Below the pieces are notes generated by a model. That model was not told the origin of the DNA and did not search any database. It was given only the letters and a program-made list of their open reading frames with translations. From the NCBI GenBank assembly GCA_000708835.1, contig DF236982.1, positions 1 through 64,000 of the forward strand: a stretch of DNA of 64,000 bases, read 5' to 3'. Source of the stretch: Klebsormidium nitens. Its lineage: Eukaryota > Plantae > Klebsormidiophyceae. Numbering within the stretch: the first letter of the stretch is position 1; the number at the start of each line of letters is the position of its first letter. This document shows, one piece after another, positions 1 to 11,800 of the stretch. Both the position numbers and the translations under genes were made by a program.

Positions 1-238
1 GGCAGGTAGTAGGTTGCGGTACTTTTCAAGCCATATTATTCCTCTGGTATGTACCTTGTGCTACCGCGTGCATCCCAAACGCCATCCAATTGGCTCAGAA
101 ATCTGGAAAGCTTTCTGCAGCTTTTCGGTCGACGCGCACCCTTACCTTATGATAAGTTTAGCTTGTTATCACCTTTCTTGACTTCGATATACGAACGTAC
201 GTGAGAGTCGGACAGAAGCAACGCGCGGTCCTACGCAG

Positions 239-3200
239 GTGCTACTTGCTCCGCAAAGACTGGACATACTTCCCGGGGTGGAGGCCGCGTCGCGCGCGAG
301 CGCGGCGCCCTTGCACACCATCTGGAGAACTGATGCGGCGCGGTTGCGCAACGTGGAGATGGACGCAAGTACGTAAGTTCGCAAGGGTTGGTTGCGATTT
401 TTGGTGTTCTACGATTTCTGCTTTCACGTGTTGGCCGTTCATTCTCGCCCCCTCCCGATGCCCCCGCAAGTGTGGACTCACGCCGAAGTGGTTCGTATGC
501 AAAGCTCCAACCAGACCGCGGGTTTCAGTGGGGATACGTTTCAGGGCAGCGGTCCGGGTTGATGACCACTTGCTGACACGTGCCTGTCACGTGCTTTGAT
601 AAGCTTGGAGCTACTTCGTCGACTTTCAGGGTTCAATATGCTCGCCAGGCTGTCGCAGAGCTTCTGAAATAGCTGGAAACAATTTCTGATTTGTCTTTGG
701 TTCCAGCTTCCGACTGTGCTTGGGATTCGTTTGCATGTGCATCCCTGAAATAGATGTAGCTTCGTGCTGCCACCTGTCGGAAAGCTTATTAAACATTGCA
801 GACAATTGTTGCAGAGACGTGCCAGAAGAGTCGACTAGCGACAAAGACTCAAAGTCAGGGCGGGAAGTCTCCCCTGCGGAGCCTCGAGCAGGGGTCCTGT
901 GGGAAAACGCTGCGACTGCGTTCCGGGCAGCGCAGATCGTGCTGAGTCAAGGTGCGTGCAAACGACTACGCTGACTGGGGCCCGGATCGGTATTGTCTTT
1001 GCGAGGACAATGCATGACCATTGTCCGTTCTCGAGACGTTATATATCCTGAAACGCTGGTCCCAGCTTCATTCTTGTTTCGCGGCTTCTGTATAGACTCC
1101 CGTTTCTCAACGAGGATCAAGTACTTATGACTTATCTGGGGCTCACACATCTCGAAACCCCCTTTGTCCGAGAAGGTGTCCGCCTAGAGATTGTTGTGAT
1201 TTTCAACTTCCTTTCCGGGGGGCTGGCTATCTCACTTTCGACCGGATGCCGTAAGCAATCCAAGCAGACGAGCGCCAGACGAGGCGACTGATTTGCCTAT
1301 TGATCTATCAGCCGCGATCCTACTCGTCGTGCACGTCCGTCTTTCAGATTCGGCCTTGAGCACAGCCCGAATGCAGCAGACAGTCGCAAAGGCAAATCAG
1401 AAGCGTCCAAACTTTCAAACTTCTGTCTGTCCATCGTCATTTCCGCAGTATCGCCCTCCATCGAACTGCCAGCCGTACCGTTCCCGCCGGCCGAGGCGCT
1501 TCCCCCGGGGAGAATGCAACGCCTGAGCGCGAGCGAAGCACGCTCGCTGGGCCTGCCGGGAAAGACCATCATTCTGGATGGAGGTGGGTCGCACCGACTT
1601 TTTCCGTGTGACGTCAGCAGCATGGATTCAATCTTACATGCTGACGTCAGACGACTTTCTAGTCCTTCCCCCTGGAAGAATGCAAGGTTTGAGCGAGAGC
1701 GAACCCGGATCACTGAGCCTGCCGGGAAAGACCGTCATACTAGACGGAGGTAGGTCGTACAGAGCTTGTCGAGAAGTTTTTGACAGTGCTGACGTTAGTA
1801 ATCAAGATTAACTTCGATTTGCTGACGTGAGAAGGCCTTTGCCTGAGGCGATGCGACTTTTGAGCGAGGGCGAAGCGGAATCGCTGGGCCTGCCAGGAAA
1901 GACCCTCATACTAGATGGAGGTGGGATGCTAACGACATGTTTTTGCGAGCGCTGGCGTCGGCAGGATTTATGCACTTTCCGGGGAATTGCAACGCCTGAG
2001 CAATCAAGAGGCGGTCTGCCATGTGAGATCATCGTTCAAGATGGAAAGGTGTTTTTCCTAAGGGTCCAACGGGATCCTACGTTACACATGACCGTTGTTT
2101 TCTGCATTTTTGAGGTTCTCGAGTCTGCTGCCCTTTGCTGCTAGCAAGCTTCCGTTGTCGCCATAACTCGCGTTTACATCCTAACCATAGTTAGTCGAAT
2201 ACCTTACAACGTCAGCTCTTTTTTCTGCAGCCCACATTCCCGAGGCATTGTGGGAATCTGCTCGGTTCCATGTCAGACCGTTTCTGCAGCAAACATGCCG
2301 GAGACTCTGCACAGCTTGGGCTTGGATTCAAAAGATCTCTCGTGGAGGCGTTCTGGCTATACATCTGTTCTCGTGCAACAGCACTTATGAATGTTTCTCG
2401 CGCTTCCCTTCCGCAGCCCACACTCCGGAGTCGTTCCACGAGCTCTGCGCAGCCTTTCGCGAGCGCATGGGCGACCAAGTACCCCCAAAAGTGCTCTTCG
2501 TGGTCGCCATGTCCAATGACAAGGACCATCGAAAGTGCCTCGGAGAACTGCGGGGCGCGGACCTAAACCTCCAAACCCTGGTTTTCACAGAAGTGCCGGT
2601 TGCGGGCTCATTCGAGCGCGCCACACGCGCGGAGGCGCTCTCCGAATGCTGGGCGGAGATTGCGGAAGGTGGGTTGGACGTATCTGCTGATAATTTTGGA
2701 GTCGTTCTGCCACCGTGTAGCCTTGACGGCAAAGCGTCTGGAAGTGTGAGGGGGTTTTCAAGGTGGGCATGTGGTATGAGGAATTGGTCGCCAGTCAAGA
2801 GAGAAAACTTCGAGGGTCATCTTAGAAGGACTGCTGTTTCGAGATTCCTTCTCCGTGACCCGACCTCTCTTCTCTTTAATGTTTGCTGATACAGCCACGT
2901 ACTTTACGTCCGCATCTGTTCAGAAAGGCCTCAAATTTGCCCTTTGGGTCTTCCTCATGAGGCGTGAGCTTCCTCTTGTTTACTTACATAGAACTTATCT
3001 TTCTGAAAGGTTGAATTCTGACGAGTCTAAGCGTTTCTCTTGGAGATTCAAAGCACGTTTAGATTGGTGATCATCTAGTCGACGTATAGAGATCCTTAGG
3101 GCCGCCTTGTTGACGTGTCGTCCTTCCGTGCTTTCCCTGACCTGTTCCGCCCACTTCTTACCAAACCCCAGAAAATGGACTTGGAAAGACAGAACAACAA

Positions 3201-3394
3201 ATTCATGTCTCATAGGTCACTCGACGGGAGAGGCCGTCTGCGAACCCGTCTTTGGGGCGGCGCTCCGCCGGGTTGCCGCGGCGCCCGATGACGTCACGGT
3301 GTGCCTGGCGGGATCGATGCATCTCGTCGGAGCTGCGCTGGCCAGAATAGCGGGGCTCGACCGCGCAATCAGTGAAGGGACGAAGCCCAGCTAG
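239..3394 (+). CDS. DHFS: Dihydrofolate synthetase / folylpolyglutamate synthase (FolC family), 3' part of a multi-exon gene whose start lies upstream of the window
   Basis: Exons 239-368, about 892-951 (ENAATAF), 1449-1583 (PGRMQ...KTIILDG), 2417-2668 (AHTPES...VVAMSNDKDH...FTEVPVAG) and 3216-3394 (VCLAGSMHLVG, stop). Splicing joins LDG|AHT, the FolC DGAH motif. VAMSNDKDH resembles plant DHFS. A probable exon near 471-550 is unresolved. Confidence 0.88.
1662..2052 (+). repeat. Three degenerate intronic copies of the 3' end of DHFS exon 1449-1583 with the donor site
   Basis: Copies at about 1662-1752, 1835-1925 and 1980-2052 match ...ctgggcctgccgggaaagaccatcattctggatggag|gt. The first two keep both the reading frame and the GT. 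Confidence 0.85.
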
Positions 3395-4149
3395 AGTGAA
3401 GCATCTGGGGCGTAAAGTAGAGGGTTCTTAAAGTGGAACTGCTTGATCATTGGGTCGTCAGCGCTTCTCAGCAAGCTGACCCCCTTAGAAGACGTAGGAG
3501 GGAGCCCCGAATGCAGAGGACCAGGTTTGCGATTCGTATGACGACGACTGATTTCGACTAATTATTAAGCTCTTTTTTGATGTTGAGAATATTATGTTGC
3601 TCGACAAGCTCAGTAGGACCGACACCCGAGGCCGCCCGCTGAACCTTCAAATGCAGGGCTGATGGCCACCCAACAATTAGTATCAGTCAAGGCGGATGGA
3701 GCGCGCTCCGAAGGCCCTAGCTGATCAAAATGTACATTCTGGAATGCCGCTTAGAGCATGCACATATCTGTCAACGAGGCGCTCCTCTGTAGCTTGCATC
3801 AGGCGGGATAAGAGGCTGGTAAACATTCTTTCCCTAATGTTGTGAGGCTGAGGAGCGGGACCGGTCGTCACAAGCCTACACAAAAATCTCCCCAGTTTCC
3901 GTACGTGGAAGGGTGTACGTCGGGCCGAGACAGCAAGCTCGATAGTTCGATTCTGATGTAGCTTGCTTGTTAAACCAAAGGCTTGATGAGAGCCTAATTG
4001 GTTCTTAGATAATCTTGATCATAGCTAGTTTGGCATCTATTAAATGATTATCATGCAACTATCGCCAGCGAAGAACTTTGTGCAATGCTTCTATGTGGAC
4101 GTGTATTGCATGTGCACCTTTTTGTTGTTCTTTGTACGATGCGATAATA

Positions 4150-4919
4150 CACAAGCTACCTACGGTGGGTTCCGGCCGAGTCGACTCCGACTCGAACCGC
4201 AACGAAATTGTGGGACCCGGTATCAAATTCTGTCAGTGATACCGGCGGTTCACGTTACGCTGAGTCGGACTTCCGAAACATGTACGGTTCAAGTACTCAG
4301 GAATTTTTGCTCGGCCGTAAGTGAGTGTCATGAAGTTGTAAACAAGTGTATTATTTTACACTTTGACGGGAGCATGAAAATGCCACACTAAGATGCGGCT
4401 TATGCAACATGCAGAAACCTTTGACAAGCTAAAAAAAATGTTGGGGGACCGTCATTAGCTGTCCTTTGAAGCTCCAACATCATGTTTTGTTCAGGACAAA
4501 TCTCAAATAGCAGCATAGGAGGCGCAAAGTTGGCCGCCATTGTTGGATTTTGAAGAGCGCCTTCTCTTACACTCCTATATCAAATCTCTGCACTCTTCTT
4601 TCAGTCTGGGTACCGCGGTACTCGTGCACGGTACAAGTCGGAAGTTCCGACCAAGACCATGAAATTTAAATTTGTCGGCCGCGCAGACTCGAGTCTCGCG
4701 CGACGGTACCGTACCTCCGGGTAGTACGTAATTGCCCGTTTGATCGACGTGTCAGGAAAAGCTCGATTCATGAATTCGGACCCGATTCTCTAGTACGGCC
4801 GATTACGATCGTTAGTACTGCGTACAAAATGTGTCGCGACGCGTGACACCGGTCATACAAATTTGAGACCCGACCGTCGCGCGGTCGATACCGTCGAGAC
4901 CCACCATAGGTAGCTTGTG
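4150..4919. mobile_element. Non-autonomous Tc1/mariner-type MITE-like element (770 bp)
   Basis: Terminal inverted repeats CACAAGCTACCTAYGGTGGGT (from 4150 and ending 4919), flanked by TA on both sides (4148-4149, 4920-4921). A degenerate internal inverted repeat lies at about 4264-4296 vs 4618-4651. No transposase ORF. Confidence 0.72.
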
Positions 4920-5825
4920 TACCAAAAAACGTTGCAGAGCAACGGGCAGTGGATGGTGAAAACTTTATCGAACTCAAGTGCAGTGTCATGATAGACCGCA
5001 CCTTTCCCAACTTTCAAAACGCCGGGCCAGCACTCACATTCACCGCGGGGTTCAGATTCGATCGGACGCAAATCAACTAGGGGCCGCCTCGACACCGGCA
5101 ACTCAAAGAGTGTCCAACAGCACCGCACTTGTTTAACACTTCAAAGCAAATCACGACTTGCCTGCATTGCACTTTCCTGTACGTCCTTGAGTGTCCAATA
5201 TGTTGAATCTTCTGCTGGATTCAAAAGCCATTCGTATGCACCCGAGTTGCATTTCGTGATCATGATTTCGTTGGCACTAGTCAAGCAAGATCAACATCAT
5301 TCCGGATGAATTTGGCTCATCTCATCATCAGAAACGTATGAACACAATGGTTGTCATTGTGAAAGTATGTCCAGAAATTCCCAAGTACTGCAATCTGCTT
5401 AGAGAGTACTTTTGACACCTAAAGACATGTACATAAATAAGCAACTTCCAGAGTCAATCCGCTGGACGGGTGCGTTCTAGCTGTCGTTATGATGAGCGGA
5501 TATGCTCCGCTCTTTCTTCAACCAGGCCACAGCACGAGACGCTTGGAACCCGTAAAGCTAGTATCCTTTTGCCCCTCGGACTTGAACCCAAAACCGGGAT
5601 CGTACGTTGGTAACTACGAGAAGACAACCGTCCGTCTTGGACCTCCTAGAACTATGGCCGTACTTCCAAGCTCCCCGCTTTCTGTTCTTGGTTTAACACA
5701 ACCCAACGATGATATTCGCAATTACGTAGCTGACGACTGTTACGCACAGCTAACCATACCCGGTTAAGGCCGCCTCCGTATCGCTGACCGGGCCGTTAAC
5801 CGGGCGGTTATGCGGCTTAACCAAT

Positions 5826-8800
5826 CTACTTCTTGGCCTCGAACCTCCTCAGAATGCTGACGAGGTCCATTGGCTCCTCCTCCTGATCCTGCACATCAGT
5901 GATATCAAGCGTTAACATTTGTGTGTAGCGGCAAACGAAGCGTCAGCCCAGTGCGTTTGCTGCGAGGACGAACTAGGGGTGAATGGACACGGAGCAGTAG
6001 AATCTGGGTGCGATTAGGTGTGTTTGACCCTCAAGTCTTCACAGTGATCAGACATCGAGTCACGAAGGAAGGAACGAGCAGGGACAATGGACGAGGATTG
6101 GATGGAGACATGCGAGGAAGCGCGTCTCGGCTCTGTGACCTTCGGCTAGCGGATACATCTATCTGTACGGCAACATCGAACCACAAGAGAGGTTTTGGGA
6201 AGAATGCGACGAGGCTGAGGACAGAAGTGAGGGCGCGCGGGCGCGCACCTGTCCCTTGAGCTTGCGGCTGGCGGGGCCGCTGAAGAGGCCGCCCCCTGCG
6301 GCGGACTTCGAGCTGAAGATGGACTTGGGAATCAAGCCGTGCACGCCTGCGGAGCGGAACAGAACGGACCGGAACGCCGTTAGAGATTTGCTTACAGCCT
6401 GGAGAATTGCAACCCGTCCTCCGAGTTCCACTGGACCCCAATGAAAGCTCGTTTAGCAACTATCGAAAGGTACGAGTTGGCTCTAGGTTTTGCTTTGTTC
6501 CAGCCCGATGGAACGAAGAAGAAGCGACCGGCACGGTTTGAAGGCGGAACGAAAGAGGAAGAACGGAAAAGAAAGCAGAGATGAGGAAGAAAGGAGACGA
6601 AAGAACGCTCACCCCAGTTGCTGTCGACGCACTGTGCGATGCCGAAGTCGACGCCGGTGCTGATCAGAGACAGCGCCTCGCGTTCCTGCCGGGCGGAAAA
6701 CTAAACGGGTCAGCTTCCAACGTCTTAGGTTTAGCGAGAATTGTCCCGGTTTCTATCTGACGACCGGTCGAGGACAGTCGGACTTCGGCAGTTCAGTGCA
6801 CGACTCTGTAGACAGGCTCATAGGGCTGTATAACACACGGAATGCAAACTTTGTTGCACCGTATTTAACTTCCCAACCCTGCTCTCAGGGCAAGGGACTT
6901 TTTGGCGGCAAAAACGTAGAATTAATTTCCAATCTCGAGGGCTCAGGAGTCAGGTCATTCTTTCGAAGCTGGAAGTGACCGGTCCCCGCATGGTATGGTC
7001 CTCGACAAAGACCCGGTGATCGCAGAACAGTCAAAGACGTAAGATTGCAGAATCTAACAACCGCAAACTAGGGGCCGGGAGAGCGCGCGCGCGCTGTTTC
7101 CTGACCTGCATGCCGAAGCCCTTGACGAGGAAGTTGCGCGTGTTCTGGTAGGCGTTCGCGAGCGCCTTGTCGTTGCTGCGCCCGAACTGCGCGATCTGGC
7201 TGGGCACCGCCAGCTCGTCCAGGTAGTTGTTCAGCTGCGGAGGGGAGGGAGAACTAGAGATGGTCAGAAAACTCAATAAAGAAGCTTTCAGCACGCTTCA
7301 GAACACTCGTCATTTCAGAACGCTTCTTGAGAGTTCAGAACGCTTCAGAACACTCGACGCTTTAGAACACTCGACGCTCTTCGGAAGACTCAAAGCTCTT
7401 CAGAACACTCGACGCTATTCAGAACAGTCAAGATTGTGTGCGAAAAGTCCTGTACGCGTACGAACCTGCGTAACAATTCCGGCAGCCAAGTCTGTCCTCA
7501 TGCTTGCTTTCTCAGCTGCGGTGGCAAATGCAAATTGAGGCGCTTCGGACTCTCGAACTCGAAATTGCTAGAGTATTTTGACCTTATTCCGACATCGCCC
7601 ACGTCTATCCGAGTCCGAAAATATGGTGATGGGATGAAAAATGTAGAACAAAAGGAGTCGTAAGAGTCTAGATTCTCAGAAAATAGAAGGGGTTTTGTAC
7701 AATCCTCCAGAAGGTTCTGCCGACGTGAGGAGCGAGAAAGGAAAGTGAATCGAATAGGCCTCGCACTTGATTACAGATTCTAAGGGCATACGCAAGTTTC
7801 AAAGACACACAGAAGAGAAGCTATGAAACTGTTGCTGGAGGGTATCGCAACCCTCGACGCCAAAAGATTCGGTCACTGGGCGACTTGTTCGAGCAGAGAT
7901 TATTGTGAGCAGGAAGTACTCAACAATAAGTTCTCCCACCGCAATCACGCGGAATTCGATTGATGAATGAGAAAGAGCGCAAGTCGGGCCACTTACCGCG
8001 AAACCCTGGATGTCGATGTGGTCCTTGGTCTCGACGATGGGGAAGCTGCAGGTGAATCACATCTCGGTTTCAGCAAACGAGACAAGTGTTTCTGCAGACT
8101 CAGGAATCGTCTTGAAAACATCAAGAATGGCGGCATGTGGCAGTGGACAGGTTCTCGGATCCTCGTCTCTATGAACGATGAAAGGTACGGAGGGGGTTAT
8201 TCAGGAGCGCTCGTTGGTTTCTGCAGAGGGTTTTGAAGACTAGAACTTCAAGACAAGAACTCCAAAGATTCAAGGAGGGCTGTGGGCTTCTGCCGGAGGG
8301 TTCTGGGCTTCTGCCGGGTTTCTTCAGGCTATCAGACTTTTTTGTCATGCGGATCCGCACTTCGAATTCTAGGCTTCGACGGGTTCTACATGTTCGGCAG
8401 CTTTCTGAGCGCTGCCTGGGCCCGCACGGACACTAATCGAATCTCGAAATTCAACGAATTGGTAGAAATGATGGCTCCAGGAATCTCGGGTCCGGGGAAA
8501 ATAGTGTCTGGGGCTTACGTCAGGTTCTTGAGCGCGTTGGGCAGAGTCGCCTGGGGCAGCACGGAGATGCGGTAGACCGCGGTCAGGGACGCCTCGATGG
8601 CCGTCCCGGAGATCTCGGCGTCGCCCTGAGCGGCGTGGCAATCTGCGATTAAGGCCCAGGTTTAGGGCGACCGCACGAAGATACGGGTCGCCTGAGCCGG
8701 TGCCCAAGTTGTCAATCGGTTGACGCCAACGGTACATAGCTAGCGGGATATATTCTCCGACGAAGGAGTGTTCGGAGGGGTTTGCTAGCTGTGAAGAAAT

Positions 8801-11800
8801 CATTACCTAATGACTGCAGGAAAGAGCTGTGACCTTAATAATCTTGCTGCACCTTTTGTGGGAGCTCAGAGTACATGTTACCACTCAGTCAAGTAGCATG
8901 CAAGCTTGAAGAGCAATCGGCATAGGTGGACTTACCACCAAAGAAGAACTTGGCCTCTGCAGGAAGAAGAAAGTTGACGTCAGATCTTTTGCCTTGCATA
9001 AGAGTGTCAGCCCTACCCTTTACTACGAGCGAACAGATGTGAGCTTCATAGAACAGCTTCATACATTTCCATTCGAACTTCAAAGTCAGGAGCGGAAGGC
9101 ACGATACGCAATCCGACAGGCCGAGACCTCCAGTCGCGTCTTGTATCTCGTGACATCAGCATCAGAGAGTGGCGAGCTTGCCACGTGGACGTACCAGGGA
9201 CCTCCACCTGGACGTACAGGGTGCTGCCAGTGCCCACCCTCCAGTTGTCCTGCGAGCGACGTCAGAAAAGAGAATCAGTACTCGAAAACTTCTTCAAATC
9301 CGAGGTCAAAGGATCGTTTCTCGCTAGACTTCAGGAGTGCTAGGCTTGCCAAAACACGCATAAATTAATCTGCGTTACTTTCTCCTGCAATTAGTAAAAG
9401 CAGACAACTTTGCAGGCGAGGCCGCCGGCGCTCCATGGATGGACTGTACCCGAACCTCGGTAAAGCAGGAGCAAAGCAAGTATTCAAGCTCTTGACCTCA
9501 AATTTGTGAGCGGTCCCGCCGAAGCTTTTAGAATAGTAACCAGGCCATTAGTTTCCGGAAAAAAGGGCTCACCATATTTCCACCGAAGCGGGAAGGGGCG
9601 GTGGTCGAGGCACCAAGGGTCCTGCACACAAGAAGTGGCGACGTCAGCCGGTGACATAATGATGCTGAAGCGACTCGACTTGCTGGGCAGTTTCGGAATT
9701 GGTCACAGTGTCTGGGGATCCGGAAGGGTTGTGCCTCTACGAGCTGGTGCGCTTATCTCAAAGTTTTCGGAGAGATGGAAGCTCAAGCTCACCGCTTAAA
9801 GTTCCTAAGGGACACCTCAGACTTTATGGAGAATACAGAACGAGGTCCTCTAATGCTGCAAAGGAATCCGAGAGGCAGGCTCAGCTTTTTACTGGTGTGC
9901 GTCAGAGGGAGTTCGGCGCTTACCCGTTGGGGGCGCCGTTGATGTAGTTCGCAGCGTTGGCGGGGGTCACGCCTGCAAGCGGGGGCAAAATGCTCAGAAA
10001 ATGGTCTGATGCCGAGCATTATAAAGCGCCGGTCTATGTCGCCCATCGCTTTTATCATTCCGCCGATGAAAGAGGGTAGGCACAGAGAAAATGCGAAACG
10101 GAAGACGACCGAATCCCAGGAGCGGAGATCGTTTCAGAAAAGCATCGGAGGAAAGTAAGGTTTACGAACATGATAAGCGCTGTGCCTTTCCTAGGCGGCA
10201 ACAAGAAGCAGCGGAACCGGAGCAGCGGACAAGGGAACTGAAGTATTCCTGGGTTGGGAGCCGGGCGGAACCAGCAGCGGAATAAATCGGTGGAAAGGGG
10301 GTGACAGAGCGGAATCGAGCGGAAAACGGGGCGGTGTCAGAGACCGGTAGTAGGTAGGGCAATTAATTCTGGGGGCTCACCGATTGTGCCCAAGAAAGGC
10401 CTCAACGGGATCCTCCAGTTGAAAGAGGCGTCCATGTACTGGATGTCGGTGGACTGGGCGGAACGGAAGCGGAAAGGGCGTCAGCGGAACCCTTTTCTGC
10501 TTGTGGCGTTCGACACGTGGAGGTGCAAGTACCCGAGAAGCGTCCTTCGCGGATAGTCTTCCCGAGAATTTCCTCGGATCGAAAATTGCGAAAGTGGCTC
10601 AGACGTAGGAGAAGAAAGCACGGCACAGGAGAAACTCTGACTCGATTTTCCCTGGAAGAGTGCGGCCGAAGGCAACAGCAAGTTTGACATCGAAACAAGC
10701 GCTCGACCATGAAGCTTTTTGCGCCAGACCTTCGCTCAAACGTTCCTCAAGCCCCGACAGATGTGCACCTATTTGTAAGTCAAAGACGTAGGAACGGAGT
10801 CAACAAACCCTCCTCCATAAACAAAAAACCACTTAAGGGTTTGTACCTGGTTAAGGGTAGACTGGAAACCCGGGGGATACTCCACGGGGTCAAAGCCGGT
10901 GGCGGTGGCGGAAGACTTGACGCCGATATTGGTCTTGTGGGGAACCGTGGCGCTCGTGACGACGGTCCCGTTGTCGGGGGGGATCAGAGCTACACGTCAG
11001 CAGCGTCAGATGACGTCAGCAGCGTCAGATGAAGTCAGCAGCGTTAGATGACGCCAGCAAGGGAGCAAACGGTCTCACGTTGTCCTGAGTACCAGCTTTG
11101 GGTGTTAGAGGAAACCGCTTCAGGGGTGACGTCAGATGAGGTGCAAGTGATCCAAGGTGGGAGTGAACTGGTGGAAAAGCGAGATGAGGGGTATATCGCT
11201 GTTACGCTCAATCGAAAACGATCGAAGCATGTGAGCGGCATTTCCAGATTCTTGGATCGCTAAGGAGACATATCTAGGATTGTCAAGCCAATGCATTGGG
11301 TCCTTTCACAATTGCGGCCCACTTGACAACGGATCTGTGGGAATTCAAGACATGATGGGGAATCTGGGGTGAAGGACTCACAAGGAGGGAAGAAGCCGTA
11401 GATGGGCTGGCCCCTGCAAATCGGCGGAGGTGAGCGATGTCAGCGTTGTTGTGGAAGTTTATTTGTCACTTTTTACCTTCAAAATCCTTGAAGATTCTTC
11501 CACAATAAGCGTGGCCTCTCGTCGTCGGCAGTTTTTGCTCACGTGACAAAACAACCAGCAATCAGACTCCTCCCACGCACCAACCCAAACTGATGCTCTG
11601 AACCTGTTTAAGCGAAGCGGCCGAGAGCTGTTGGAAACGGAACGAACTCGGAACTGAACGGAACGAAACGGAACGGAACGAGATTTGGAGAAATTCGAAG
11701 CTCACCAGCCGCCATACTCGTCGAAGTCCACTTCGTAGATGATGGAGGACGAGGTCGTCGAAACGTTGGTTCCGTCGGCGTTCTTGACGTTGAGCGGAAT

